Positions 8,762 through 19,139 are shown, counted from the stretch's first letter. The stretch: 64,000 nucleotides of DNA from an uncultured Dehalococcoidales bacterium (GCA_964586515.1 CAZPGJ010000004.1:154539-218538), one strand, 5' to 3'. Made by a program: numbers and translations. Notes: generated by a model from the letters alone, not told the origin.

Positions 8762-9739
8762 GTGATTGTAGTTCAAACTCCTTTAAGGGTAAGTTTTGTT
8801 GGAGGGGGCACTGATTTTGATGACTTCTATTTATCTCATGGTGGGGCTGTCATTAGTACTGCCATTGATAAATATGTCTTTGTCATTGTAAAGGAGAGAT
8901 TTGATGATCTAATTTGCCTGAACTACACGAAAAGAGAGCGAGTAGAAAGGGTAGATGACCTCGACCATGAGCTCGTCAGAGAAGCTATGAGAATAACGGG
9001 AGTAAGCAAAGGGATAGAGATTACAACCCTTGCTGATGTACCTGCAGAAGGAACTGGCCTTGGTTCATCGAGTAGTGTTACTGTAGGGTTGCTTCAAGCT
9101 CTCTATGCTTACAGGGGCGAACTCAGGACAGCCGAGACTTTAGCTCAGGAAGCATGCCGCATAGAGATAGACATGCTGAAGCACCCCATAGGGAGACAAG
9201 ATCAATACATCGCAGCATACGGCAATCTTCGCTTCATCACCTTCAGCGATGCTGGCGTTGAAGTTGATAAAGTTGAGCTTTCTCCCGAAGAGAAGAGAAG
9301 ACTAAATGATAATCTCCTTTGCTTCTATACAGGCATGACTAGAAAAGCAGGCGAAATTTTAAAGGAGCAGAAAGCAAACATAAACGACCGTCTTAACGTG
9401 TTGGGTGAAATGAAAAAACTTGCCTTTCGGGCGAGAGATGCTATCATGCAAGGTGCTTTTGATGAGTTGGGAGAGATTTTGCACTCAAGTTGGGAATTGA
9501 AAAAGACCCTTGCCAGCAAGATAACCAATCCCCAGATAGACGAAAGGTATGAGGCTGCTCGGAAAGCGGGAGCCATCGGCGGCAAGATTAGCGGAGCTGG
9601 AGGGGGTGGTTTTTTGCTCCTATATTGTCCGAAGGAAAAACAAGATACAGTGAGAAAAATCCTCAAACTTCGAGAGCTTCCTTTCCGCTTTGAGGCAGAT
9701 GGAAGCAAAGTAATTTTTAACTATAGGAGAGAGAGTTGA
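8762..9739 (+). CDS. hddA: D-glycero-alpha-D-manno-heptose-7-phosphate kinase (GHMP kinase)
   Basis: TPLRVSFVGGGTD, GTGLGSSSS, IGRQDQY, GGKISGAGGGGF; next to gmhA. Confidence 0.85.
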   Translation: MIVVQTPLRVSFVGGGTDFDDFYLSHGGAVISTAIDKYVFVIVKERFDDLICLNYTKRERVERVDDLDHELVREAMRITGVSKGIEITTLADVPAEGTGLGSSSSVTVGLLQALYAYRGELRTAETLAQEACRIEIDMLKHPIGRQDQYIAAYGNLRFITFSDAGVEVDKVELSPEEKRRLNDNLLCFYTGMTRKAGEILKEQKANINDRLNVLGEMKKLAFRARDAIMQGAFDELGEILHSSWELKKTLASKITNPQIDERYEAARKAGAIGGKISGAGGGGFLLLYCPKEKQDTVRKILKLRELPFRFEADGSKVIFNYRRES

Positions 9740-10299
9740 AGGTCTTGGATGCTATAGCTAAATACATATCTGGTGTGAGTGCCACATTGGAGAAGCTTCC
9801 AGTAGAGAAGATTGCCGAGGTTGTTAATTCGTTAGAAAAAGCACGACTCGAAGGCAATAAAGTTTTCATTTTTGGCAATGGAGGTTCAGCAGCTACCGCC
9901 TCACATTTCGCCAGTGACCTTTCCAAGGGAGCTATCCGCGAGGGAAAGCCACGGATAAAAGCCTTTGCTTTGACTGACAATACCCCCGTGCTTACAGCTT
10001 GGGCGAATGACACCTCTTATGAAAATATTTTCGCTGAACAGTTGGAGAACTGTGTTGATTCTGGAGACATTGTGATTGGCATCAGTGGAAGTGGCAATTC
10101 GCTAAATGTGCTGAAAGCTATGAATGTGGCAAGGGCCAAGGGGGCTAGCACCATCGGCTTTATCGGTTTTGACGGTGGAAAACTTAAGAGCCTTGTGGAT
10201 ATTGCCATTATAGTTCCCAGCCATAATATGGAGCAGGTCGAGGATGTACACCTGCTTCTTGAGCATGTTATCACCACCTGTTTAAGAGAGGCGCTTTAG
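9736..10299 (+). CDS. gmhA: Sedoheptulose-7-phosphate isomerase
   Basis: FGNGGSAATASHF, TAWAND, ISGSGNS, EQVEDVHL. Confidence 0.88.
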   Translation: MKVLDAIAKYISGVSATLEKLPVEKIAEVVNSLEKARLEGNKVFIFGNGGSAATASHFASDLSKGAIREGKPRIKAFALTDNTPVLTAWANDTSYENIFAEQLENCVDSGDIVIGISGSGNSLNVLKAMNVARAKGASTIGFIGFDGGKLKSLVDIAIIVPSHNMEQVEDVHLLLEHVITTCLREAL

Positions 10300-10300
10300 A

Positions 10301-11281
10301 ATGAATGTTCTGGTTACCGGGGGGGCTGGGTACGTCGGAAGCATCGTCACCGAGCACTTACTAAAACAAAAGCATAAAGTAATTGTCCTTGATAACCTGC
10401 GACAGGGACATAAGGAAGCTGTCTTATCACCCGCTGAATTTGTATTGGGCGATATATGCAGCGTTGAGACACTTGAGGAAATAATTCGCCGTTTTAAGAT
10501 TAATGCTGTAATGCACATGGCAGCCGAGACAGTGGTGGAGTTCTCCATAACCGACCCCTGGAGGTATTTCCAGAATAATGTAGTCGGGAGCTTAAACCTG
10601 CTGGAAGCGATGCGAAAGCACCAAGTCCACAAATTGGTCTTTTCGTCAAGCGCCGCAGTTTATGGAGAACCTGAGTCCACACCCATAGGGGAAGAGCATC
10701 CTAAAGCACCAATAAATGCCTACGGCGAATCTAAGCTTATGTTTGAACGTATTCTTAGCTGGTATGGCAGAGCCTATGGGATTAAGCATATATCCTTGAG
10801 GTATTTTTGTGCTGCTGGGGCGACAAAGCTTCTGGGTGAAGACCATCGTCCCGAGACACACCTCATCCCAAACGTCCTTAAAGCAGCCTTGAACATAAAC
10901 AATCCGGTTTCTGTATTTGGCACAGACTATCCAACGAAGGATGGGAGCTGCATCCGGGATTTCGTTCATGTGGTGGATATTGCCCAGGCCCATCTCTTAG
11001 CTCTAGAAAAGATAGGTGGCCTGAGCGGTAACATTTATAACTTAGGAAATGGCAAAGGGTATTCGGTGCTCGAGGTCATCAAAACTGCGGAGGAAGTTGC
11101 AGGCGTGGAAATCCCGGTCAAATTTTGCCCTCGCCGTCTTGGGGATCCCACAACCCTTGTGGCCAGTGCAGAACGAGCCATGCGAGGATTGGGCTGGAAA
11201 CCTCAATTTTCTAAACTCGAAGATATCGTCGAGAGCGCCTGGCGCTGGCTTAAGGACCATCCTGATGGATATAAGCAATAG
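10301..11281 (+). CDS. galE: UDP-glucose 4-epimerase
   Basis: GGAGYVGS, FSSSAAVYG, YGESK, LRYF, RDFVHVVDIA. Confidence 0.88.
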   Translation: MNVLVTGGAGYVGSIVTEHLLKQKHKVIVLDNLRQGHKEAVLSPAEFVLGDICSVETLEEIIRRFKINAVMHMAAETVVEFSITDPWRYFQNNVVGSLNLLEAMRKHQVHKLVFSSSAAVYGEPESTPIGEEHPKAPINAYGESKLMFERILSWYGRAYGIKHISLRYFCAAGATKLLGEDHRPETHLIPNVLKAALNINNPVSVFGTDYPTKDGSCIRDFVHVVDIAQAHLLALEKIGGLSGNIYNLGNGKGYSVLEVIKTAEEVAGVEIPVKFCPRRLGDPTTLVASAERAMRGLGWKPQFSKLEDIVESAWRWLKDHPDGYKQ

Positions 11282-11297
11282 CTGCATCGTCAAGGCA

Positions 11298-12041
11298 ATG
11301 ATACTTGCCGCAGGAGAAGGCACCAGGCTAAGACCACTCACCTTGGAAACTCCGAAGGTGCTTTTACCTGTAGCGGGTGTGCCACTGATTTATTATACCC
11401 TTGCCTGGCTCAGAAGCCATGGCATAGGAGAAGTATGCGTCAATCTCCACCACCTGGGTAGCAGGATAAAGGAGTCGCTTGGCGATGGCTCTCGGTTTGG
11501 AGTTAAAATCCGTTACTCTGATGAGGATGCACTTCTGGGGACTGCTGGCGGGGTGAAAAATGTTGAGGATTTTTTTGATGGCGCGTTTGTTGTTGTATAT
11601 GGGGATGTCCTTACCAATTTTGACCTCTCGAGCATGATGAAGCTCCACTGGGATAAGCAGGCTTTAGCAACGTTAGCAGTGACCGAGACGTTTAATCCTT
11701 CGGAAGTTGGTGTTGTTCAGATGGAAAAAGGCGGCAGGATTCTCTCTTTTCTTGAGAAGCCCCGGAAGGGAACTGAACCGGGGAATGTGGCGAGTGGTGG
11801 GATATACGTGTTAGAAAGGGATGTTCTTGACTTTATACCGAGCCAGGGCTTTTGCGATTTCGCCTACGACGTCTTCCCTAAACTCATAAGAGCAAATCTT
11901 CCTGTTTACGGGTATGTACTTAGACACGAAGATTACCTCATTGACATTGGCACCATTGACAAATACCTCAAAGCGAATGAGGATGTAAAATCAAGGAAGG
12001 TGAAAATAACGTATGAAGAACAGAGCAGTGTTCCTGGATAG
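11298..12041 (+). CDS. hddC: NDP-sugar pyrophosphorylase, probably heptose-1-phosphate guanylyltransferase
   Basis: MILAAGEGTRLRPLT..PK, LLGTAGG, YGDVL, IDIGT; substrate inferred from the hddA/gmhA/gmhB context; start trimmed from 11049. Confidence 0.75.
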   Translation: MILAAGEGTRLRPLTLETPKVLLPVAGVPLIYYTLAWLRSHGIGEVCVNLHHLGSRIKESLGDGSRFGVKIRYSDEDALLGTAGGVKNVEDFFDGAFVVVYGDVLTNFDLSSMMKLHWDKQALATLAVTETFNPSEVGVVQMEKGGRILSFLEKPRKGTEPGNVASGGIYVLERDVLDFIPSQGFCDFAYDVFPKLIRANLPVYGYVLRHEDYLIDIGTIDKYLKANEDVKSRKVKITYEEQSSVPG

Positions 12042-12627
12042 GGATGGTACTATTGCCCGGGATGTTCACTATTGCCGGCGGCCAGAGGATTTTGAACTGC
12101 TCCCCACCGTTCCTGAGGCGATAAAGCTTCTAAATGATAGCGGTTTCAAGGTTATAGTCATCACCAACCAGTCAGGTATTGCTAGAGGCTATTTTACAGA
12201 GCATACGCTGGCTAAAATTCACGAGAAGATGAAAGACGAGCTTGCTAAGCTTGGAGCGAAGGTAGATGCTATTTACTACTGCCCGCATCATCCTGACGAC
12301 GGCTGCGACTGCCGAAAACCACGAACAGCTCTTTTTCGCCGGGCTGCCCAGGATATGGCGATAGATTTCAATTCGTCCTATGTGGTTGGGGATTTGCCCA
12401 TGGACATAGAAGCTGGCAGAAATTTGGGATGCACAACGGTCCTCGTAGCTACAGAGCCTAAACAAGGAAAGGATATCCTAGGCTCTCCAGATTATACCGC
12501 AGGCACTCTCCTTGACGCTGCCCAGTGGATAACGAGACATGCACAGGCCCTTCACAAACCTAGAAACCTCCGTATCGACCGACGTTCCAGCAAAGCTGGT
12601 CATAATGACAATACCAAGGTAAATTAA
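12013..12627 (+). CDS. gmhB: D-glycero-D-manno-heptose 1,7-bisphosphate phosphatase
   Basis: FLDRDGT, ITNQSGIARG, CPHHP..CDCRKP. Confidence 0.9.
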   Translation: MKNRAVFLDRDGTIARDVHYCRRPEDFELLPTVPEAIKLLNDSGFKVIVITNQSGIARGYFTEHTLAKIHEKMKDELAKLGAKVDAIYYCPHHPDDGCDCRKPRTALFRRAAQDMAIDFNSSYVVGDLPMDIEAGRNLGCTTVLVATEPKQGKDILGSPDYTAGTLLDAAQWITRHAQALHKPRNLRIDRRSSKAGHNDNTKVN

Positions 12628-12961
12628 GGTCTCTTTCGTAAGATAAAAAAATAAAGTCTGAGTCAATTATGCCTTTATCAATTAATACATGGTCAACAGT
12701 GATAAGCAGTCTTGTTATTCAACTGCTGGACTTGTTTCACTGATTAGAGTTAGATACGATGGCTACCGTCTGGTAACAACTGTTTTGTCAAGGAGGAGGC
12801 ATGCGTGGGACGGAGAGACTAGTGGTCAGCTTTGTTCTGGGCCTCGTGACCCTACCCCGTTTTATAGGAAACTGTGAATTAGAGTTTTCTGGTCGTTTTT
12901 GGCATACTCCATTGGGATAAATGTGTTATGTAACACCTGAATAATAGCCTGTTAAAACTAT

Positions 12962-13885
12962 TCATTGTGAGTTAACAGGCTGGCATACCTTCAATTGAAC
13001 AATAAACTCGTTCGAAAATTTTTCTGGTTCATACGCACAACTGATCTCTAGGGGGATATTTGCTAGCTTCATTGCTTGAGGAAATATTTCACAAAATGAT
13101 TCAAAAGTCCACACGGTACAATGGGTATATGCGTCATTCCTTTCTCTTTCAATTAGTTTGATAATATCATCTGCGGAATGGAATTCATGCTGTTTTTCTG
13201 GTTTAAAGGCAGAATAGTCTAAAGTCCATGCATCTTTTGTATCAACTTTGCAAATATTCATAAAACAATCCAGGACTTGTTCAATTGATGGTTTTGTAAG
13301 CCCTTCTAAGTCATAAGCCAGTAATTGGGTTAATGTGGTTTCTCTTCTATAATAATCGAATGTATATCGCCGATCTGGTATTGCGAGGGATATTATACCT
13401 TTTGGTTGTATTATTTTCGCAAGACATCTCAACCAGCCAAGGGGATTCGGACAATGTTCAAGAATATGAGATGCAATAATATAGTCAATCGTTTTTACCT
13501 TGGATAGAATATCTTCGTAGGAAATCTCTTCAATAACAAAATCTACTGGGACGATGTTTCCTATTTCTAACCATCGGGCGCCCTTATATTTCTCCCTTAA
13601 TCGTTCAGTCGAAAAAAGGTTAACATAATAAATAGTGCCTTCGTCTTTCCTAACGACAGGAACATGCAGTGGGCCTATTTCCAGGCCAACGCCTGAAGTG
13701 ACACTACAGCCCATCCGCAATTTGTCATTTCGACTTAATTGATTATTTTGGACTCGTTTGAAACGGGATTTCTTTGCAGTAAGTGTTTTATCAAGCGCGA
13801 ATAATAGGTAGCGCGTGAATGCAAGGGGATGCTTCAAAATACCTTTCTGACCATAGATCTCCTTGGCTCTGTTTATGAGACTCAT
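12962..13885 (-). CDS. SAM-dependent methyltransferase domain protein
   Basis: GLEIGPLHVP, DYIIASHILEHCPNP, LAIPDRRYTFD; visibly AT-rich. Confidence 0.75.
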   Translation of the reverse strand: MSLINRAKEIYGQKGILKHPLAFTRYLLFALDKTLTAKKSRFKRVQNNQLSRNDKLRMGCSVTSGVGLEIGPLHVPVVRKDEGTIYYVNLFSTERLREKYKGARWLEIGNIVPVDFVIEEISYEDILSKVKTIDYIIASHILEHCPNPLGWLRCLAKIIQPKGIISLAIPDRRYTFDYYRRETTLTQLLAYDLEGLTKPSIEQVLDCFMNICKVDTKDAWTLDYSAFKPEKQHEFHSADDIIKLIERERNDAYTHCTVWTFESFCEIFPQAMKLANIPLEISCAYEPEKFSNEFIVQLKVCQPVNSQ

Positions 13886-16800
13886 GGTAGCGCGCTACCC
13901 TGGCCAATCAGTATTGGCGAAAGCTCGCCGAGATGGGAGAACAAGAACCTCATCAACCCCTCATAATCTGTCCGTACAATAATATCGAATAGTCTTCGGA
14001 CCTGTGGCGTAGGATTGTTTCCAACCAGCAGAACGCCAAGGCCGTGCCCGTGCTCAAATTCAAATGACGGGTAGAGACTTTTGACCTCTTGCCAGAATTT
14101 CCATACCCCGAACGTCTCCCCATATTCTTGAGTATCGTGTAACATAATAATTCCACGGTCAGACATCTTGGGCAGCCATAAGTTGAAGTCGTGAGAGACT
14201 GCTTCGTAGGTATGTAGGCCATCAATGTGCAAAAGATCGATGGAACCAGCTTCAAATTGGAGACAGGCTGCGTCAAATGTCTTTCTAATATACTTGCCGC
14301 AATTCTGATATTTTCTATTCAGGATGGACGTGAATTCTCTAAAAACGTCTTCTCCGTAATAGCCGGCTTGTTTATCACCCTGCCAGGCATCAATGGCGAT
14401 GCATTCAATTGCTGATCTCATGTCGCGTGAGGCCTGACATGCTGCGAAAAAGCAATTTCCGTAGTGGGCCCCAAGCTCGACAAAGCGTCTTGGTTTCATA
14501 AAACCCAGAAGGCAGAACAGAAACGGTATGTGTGCCTCCCATGCAGACAGGGCCGGATCTTCGTGAGGCGTAAAGGCCTTTGAGAGGAATTGGCTCAGGA
14601 GTTCTGTCTCCGTAAGCGACTTCAAAAACTCCGTATCTTCGGTGAATGCGGGCGCTAGACTGCCAAACTTCGACGCATTTGCGCAGCTATTAAGTGCAGC
14701 AATTCCCGTCTCTCCTTCTGGATTGCCTGTCCCCACAACCCTAAGGAACTTCTCCAGTTTTTTGTTCTTGTGTTCCTTTAGGAACTCCTTTGCCAGTTGC
14801 AAAAACTTGTAACGGCGGCGGATTTGGGGCAGCGGTTCGAGATGAGCAATATCGAGAGGGGCGCGGGTCCAGCCAGCCGCTAGTAAGTCGTCAATGCTTA
14901 CGCCATCAGCGCTATACAGGCTGGGCTGACCGTAGTACGCGGCGAAGTCACGAACCACATCAAGGCTTAACGTTCCCTTCTTCAGCACCCTTTCAATCAT
15001 ATCTCTCCAATGAAATCCCCACCTGGGGTCCTTACGGGCAGCCGGGAGCGCATCATAAGCGAGATAAATCTGTATAAACTTTAAGGCGAAGTGGTCCAGG
15101 CTGCGAATCGGTATGTGTATCAGCTCACCGAGGTCAACTTCAGTTAGTCCGCTAACTGTCTCGCCCGAGTCATCTTTGACGCCGTGATTTCCCTGGATGA
15201 ATCGCCAGCTCTTGTTAATGAATGCTGATGAATGTATGGCAACCTTCTTGTAGGCGCCTCGAAAGGGGGGAATCAGGCAGGGCGATGCAAATGTAAACTC
15301 TTCATCTGTTGTCAGGGATGCCGGGACGCAGTTTTTCCAATGGAATGCCAGCAGATAGTCACTTTTCGCGTCCTTGATATGCGATAGGAACTCAATCCGG
15401 CTTGTGATGGATAGGAACTCGTCCGCATCAAGGGGGAAAATCCAGGAATCAGGATACTCGTGGGCGGCAATTCCAGCCAGTTTGTTTGTAATGTCCGCCT
15501 GATAATACCCCGGATTGTCGAAGGAAAACACCTTGATATTATCTCGAGCTTCTGCCATCTGGAGGAGGAATTCCCGGGTCCCATCAGTTGAGAGATGGTC
15601 GGCTGTGTAGACCATGTCGAATAGGGCGCAAATGTGGGACATCCATGCCGCAATCATGTCTCCCTCGTTTCTTACGAGGGTGACTGCCACAGCCGCTGGC
15701 TTATCGCCAGCCTTCTTCGCTAACGCCTTCGGTTCACGGAGACTAATTAGTTTAAGAGGATGGAATATGCTTCTTTCCTTCCGATAACTACTCACGATGT
15801 CTTCATATGTCCTAATTACGTCGTCTGTCACATTCTCTATATAAAATTTAGCTATGAAATCTTTTCTTGCATTGGCCCCCACATTCTCTCTAATTTCTTT
15901 GTTCTCTATAAGCAAGACCAGTTTCTTTACCCACTCTTCTTTTGAACCCGCCAGAAAGCCGTTTTTACCGTCTGTAATGCATTTACCGTAACTATCAGTT
16001 CGGGATGCGACGGTGGGGACGCTCACTAAGGCTGCTTCAAAGATTTTCAGTTCACTTTTCCCGGCAGTGAACGGGTTATTTTGTTCCAGAGGTGCGATGT
16101 TGATGTCCAGCCGGGATAGATGGTCGAGCATGTCGAGGTAGGGCATAAACGGTTTTCTGACAATCCTGCTACCGAACCTATTGAATCCTTTGGGCAAGAC
16201 TACAGCGCCTACTATATGTAATTCCGTATTTTCATATCTTTCCAATATCTCATACAGTGCGTCCGCTGCCTCCAAGAAGTCCTTGTCGTGCGTCACTGTT
16301 CCGCTAAAGTAGCCTATCTTTATTTTCTTCTTCTCTTCGGCGTACCCCCTGGACATCAATTTTTCTGCCAGTTCGTACTGAGCTTTATTTATGGTATTTG
16401 GGACGACGAATGTTCTCTTGCCCCTGGCCCGGCTCCTGCTTGCCAGATAATCTGTGGGGCAGGTGGCGAAATCGCATCTGTCTAAAGTGTCACGGAAACT
16501 CTTGGGATACTCATATCTTTGGGAAGCCGTCCAGCTTTTCCAAGGGTATATAAAATTGGCTGATTCCGGTTCGAATACGAGGTCGTCGCAGTCAAAGACG
16601 ATAGGTACGTCGTGCAGTCTGAATTCGTCAATGATTCTTTGCATATTTTCAGACAGGGCTGCCCTGAAGATTATCGCCACATCTGGAGTTGGAAGCTCCT
16701 CCAGCCTTTCCGCGATCCTTTCACGGCAAACGTAACATTCGATTCCTCTGCTCGCTAAACCTTCAATAATGTTATAGACTCTGTACCTGCAGGATGTAAA

Positions 16801-17163
16801 GACAAATTGGCTGACCTCGTCGCCCGGTACGAATACCACCCCCTTTATCGTTCGAGATCCGATGATTCCAGATGAAAGCTTTGAAACCGAAGGGGCATAA
16901 ATTTCGAAGTTGCGCTGCCGTTTAAGGATTTTCGAGACGGCATCTACGCGAAACGATGTATAAACTCTCAGCCACCATCTTCCTTTTATGAAGAAGCTCC
17001 TCCAGCCTTCGTTGCGGATGACCCAGATGGCCCTCAGTCCAAGCTCATAATAGTAGCGCCTTCTGGTACCCGGGCGAAATAGTTTCCTAAGAACCTTTCG
17101 ACGTGTATTCAGCAAGAATTCGTTACCCATGGCTGCCCACCTGTGCATCTCTTTTGCCTGCAA
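13882..17163 (-). CDS. Multidomain glycan enzyme: NEGW module + GT4-like + GT2-like + class I methyltransferase
   Basis: FDCDDLVF / KSELKIFEAA (GT-B); LVRNEGDMI..DHLSTDGT..PLDADEF (GT2-like); ELGAHYGNC..HIDGLHTYEAV (methyltransferase). Confidence 0.85.
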   Translation of the reverse strand: MQAKEMHRWAAMGNEFLLNTRRKVLRKLFRPGTRRRYYYELGLRAIWVIRNEGWRSFFIKGRWWLRVYTSFRVDAVSKILKRQRNFEIYAPSVSKLSSGIIGSRTIKGVVFVPGDEVSQFVFTSCRYRVYNIIEGLASRGIECYVCRERIAERLEELPTPDVAIIFRAALSENMQRIIDEFRLHDVPIVFDCDDLVFEPESANFIYPWKSWTASQRYEYPKSFRDTLDRCDFATCPTDYLASRSRARGKRTFVVPNTINKAQYELAEKLMSRGYAEEKKKIKIGYFSGTVTHDKDFLEAADALYEILERYENTELHIVGAVVLPKGFNRFGSRIVRKPFMPYLDMLDHLSRLDINIAPLEQNNPFTAGKSELKIFEAALVSVPTVASRTDSYGKCITDGKNGFLAGSKEEWVKKLVLLIENKEIRENVGANARKDFIAKFYIENVTDDVIRTYEDIVSSYRKERSIFHPLKLISLREPKALAKKAGDKPAAVAVTLVRNEGDMIAAWMSHICALFDMVYTADHLSTDGTREFLLQMAEARDNIKVFSFDNPGYYQADITNKLAGIAAHEYPDSWIFPLDADEFLSITSRIEFLSHIKDAKSDYLLAFHWKNCVPASLTTDEEFTFASPCLIPPFRGAYKKVAIHSSAFINKSWRFIQGNHGVKDDSGETVSGLTEVDLGELIHIPIRSLDHFALKFIQIYLAYDALPAARKDPRWGFHWRDMIERVLKKGTLSLDVVRDFAAYYGQPSLYSADGVSIDDLLAAGWTRAPLDIAHLEPLPQIRRRYKFLQLAKEFLKEHKNKKLEKFLRVVGTGNPEGETGIAALNSCANASKFGSLAPAFTEDTEFLKSLTETELLSQFLSKAFTPHEDPALSAWEAHIPFLFCLLGFMKPRRFVELGAHYGNCFFAACQASRDMRSAIECIAIDAWQGDKQAGYYGEDVFREFTSILNRKYQNCGKYIRKTFDAACLQFEAGSIDLLHIDGLHTYEAVSHDFNLWLPKMSDRGIIMLHDTQEYGETFGVWKFWQEVKSLYPSFEFEHGHGLGVLLVGNNPTPQVRRLFDIIVRTDYEGLMRFLFSHLGELSPILIGQGSALP

Positions 17164-17314
17164 GATATGCCTTCACTTTCCTGAAGAAGCTGCTCCAGCC
17201 TTCATTTAGGATGACCCTGATAGCTGTCGGCCTGAGCTCGAAGTAGTAACGTCCTCTGACGCTCGGGCGTAAGAACTTTTCAACTGTCCTTTGATACCTG
17301 TTCACAAGACGCAT
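17123..17314 (-). pseudogene. Detached NEGW C-terminal module, probably the frameshifted tail of the GT4 gene
   Basis: MRLVNRYQRTVEKFLRPSVRGRYYFEL..IRVILNEGWSSFF, homologous to the C-terminus of 22719..23816. Confidence 0.6.
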
Positions 17315-18782
17315 GACTATCCCCGGCTGAGTCTGCTATGATTGAGCCTCGGGATTCCTTAAGTAGCTTTTTTGCGAACGCTTTCCGTTCTATGATGTCT
17401 TCGTATATTTCAATTACGTCATCTGCTACATTCTCTATATAAAACTTAGCTATGAAATCTTTTCTTGCATTGGCCCCCACATTCTCTCTAATTTCTTTGT
17501 TCTCTATAAGCAAGACCAGTTTTTTTACCCACTCTTCTTTTGAACCCGCCAGAAAGCCGTTTTTTCCGTCTGTGATGCATTTGCTGTAGCTATCTGTCCT
17601 GGATGCGACCGTAGGGACACTCACTAAGGCTGCTTCAAAGATTTTCAGTTCACTTTTCCCGTCCTTGAGCGGATTATTTCGTTCGAGAGGAGCGATGTTG
17701 ATGTCCGTCTGTGATACATATTCGAGCATGTCGAGGTATGGCATAAACTCTTTTCTAATAACCCTGTCGCCAAACCTGCTAAATCCTTGAGGCAAGTCTA
17801 AGCCACCTACTGCATGGAATTCGGTGTTTTCATATCTATTCAGTACCTCATACAGCGCTTCTACCGCCTCCAGGAAATCCTTATTGTGTAATTTCCCACC
17901 GCTAAAGTAGCCTATCTTTATTTTTTCATTTTTTTGGCCGCAACTCCTGGTCGTCAATTTCTCTGCCAGTTCATATTGAGCCTTATTTATGGTATTTGGG
18001 ATGACAAAGGTTTCCTTGCCTCTCGCCCGGATCCTATTTGCCAGATAATCTGTGGTGCACGTGGCAAAATCGCACCTTTTGACAGTGTCAAGGAAACTTT
18101 TGGCAAACTCGTATTTTTGGGAAGCTGACCACCCTTCATACCAGTCTATGTAATTGGCTAATGCCGGTTCGAATACGAGTTCGTCGCAATCAAAAACCAC
18201 GGGTATATTGTGCCGCTTAAAGGTGTCAATAGTTACCTGTACGTTTTCAGACATGGCTGCTCCGAAGATGACCACCAAGTCAGAGGTTAGGAGTTCTTTG
18301 ATGTTTTGCCGGTTCATCCTGTAGAATACGTTGCACTGGATTCCTTTAGCTGTCAGGCCTTCAATGATATTGAAGACTCTGTACCTGCTTGATTGACTAG
18401 AAGGGTGACGTATCAAATCGCCCGGTAGGAATGAGACCTTTCTGACCGCACTAGTCGGTCCCTTCGACGTAGAAGGTGCATACACCTCTATTGTATCCTT
18501 TGCGACCGTTCCCTTCTTACCCAGTTCATAACGCACTGCGGCTACGGTCTGGCGCAAGCCATGCGTCTTGTAATATCTAAGTGTCCTGGGAACAGCATCT
18601 AGTGGAGGGAATCTGTGTTCCAGCCAGCCTCTTGTTTTTTTGAAGAAACTGTGCCAGCCTTCGTTCCGGATGACCCAGATGGCCCTCAGCCCAAGCTCAT
18701 AATAATAGCGGCTTCTGGTACCCGGGCGAAATAGTTTTTCAAGAACTTTTTGATACATGCCCAGAGGAAATTTCTTACTCAC
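17280..18782 (-). CDS. NEGW module + GT4-like glycosyltransferase
   Basis: Paralog of the GT-B part of 13882..17163 (RYRVFNIIEGL, FDCDELVF, KSELKIFEAA); GTG start. Confidence 0.85.
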   Translation of the reverse strand: MSKKFPLGMYQKVLEKLFRPGTRSRYYYELGLRAIWVIRNEGWHSFFKKTRGWLEHRFPPLDAVPRTLRYYKTHGLRQTVAAVRYELGKKGTVAKDTIEVYAPSTSKGPTSAVRKVSFLPGDLIRHPSSQSSRYRVFNIIEGLTAKGIQCNVFYRMNRQNIKELLTSDLVVIFGAAMSENVQVTIDTFKRHNIPVVFDCDELVFEPALANYIDWYEGWSASQKYEFAKSFLDTVKRCDFATCTTDYLANRIRARGKETFVIPNTINKAQYELAEKLTTRSCGQKNEKIKIGYFSGGKLHNKDFLEAVEALYEVLNRYENTEFHAVGGLDLPQGFSRFGDRVIRKEFMPYLDMLEYVSQTDINIAPLERNNPLKDGKSELKIFEAALVSVPTVASRTDSYSKCITDGKNGFLAGSKEEWVKKLVLLIENKEIRENVGANARKDFIAKFYIENVADDVIEIYEDIIERKAFAKKLLKESRGSIIADSAGDSHASCEQVSKDS

Positions 18783-18920
18783 TGTTGCTTACTTGCTCTG
18801 TCTATTTTGCCTAGAAGATAGCCCTTGACTTGTCTGAAAAAGCTTCTCCAGCCTTCGTCGCCAATAACCCTGATTCAAGAAATAACAAGGTGGTAGACGC
18901 AATTTATTTTCATAACCTAC
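18779..18920 (-). pseudogene. Decayed NEGW C-terminal module of a deleted gene
   Basis: YHLVIS-stop-IRVIGDEGWRSFFRQVKGYLLGKIDRASKQQ-stop; the final TGA overlaps the GTG of the next gene. Confidence 0.7.
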
Positions 18921-19139
18921 TTAGAAATGTATTTGCATATCATACCGTTTTCGCTTTTCGCCTAGGCTCGCGCTCCTTGATTCTCTGCCTTATAAACTCC
19001 TCTATTCTTCCGCATATGCCCTCTTGGTCGGGAAAGGCCTGCACGTAATTGTACCCATTCAGTGCTCTTCTTTCCCGCTCCATGTCGTTTGCATAATGCG
19101 CACTATTTATTGTGCCATAATCTCTGGCACAGGCTTCAG

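Noticed and set aside
11049-11297. Long N-terminus of the nucleotidyltransferase; likewise 37085..37294 for rdgB and 52740..52799 for pheS
   Set aside because: These extensions overlap or precede the conserved starts and carry no recognisable motifs; they are ORF-caller artefacts.
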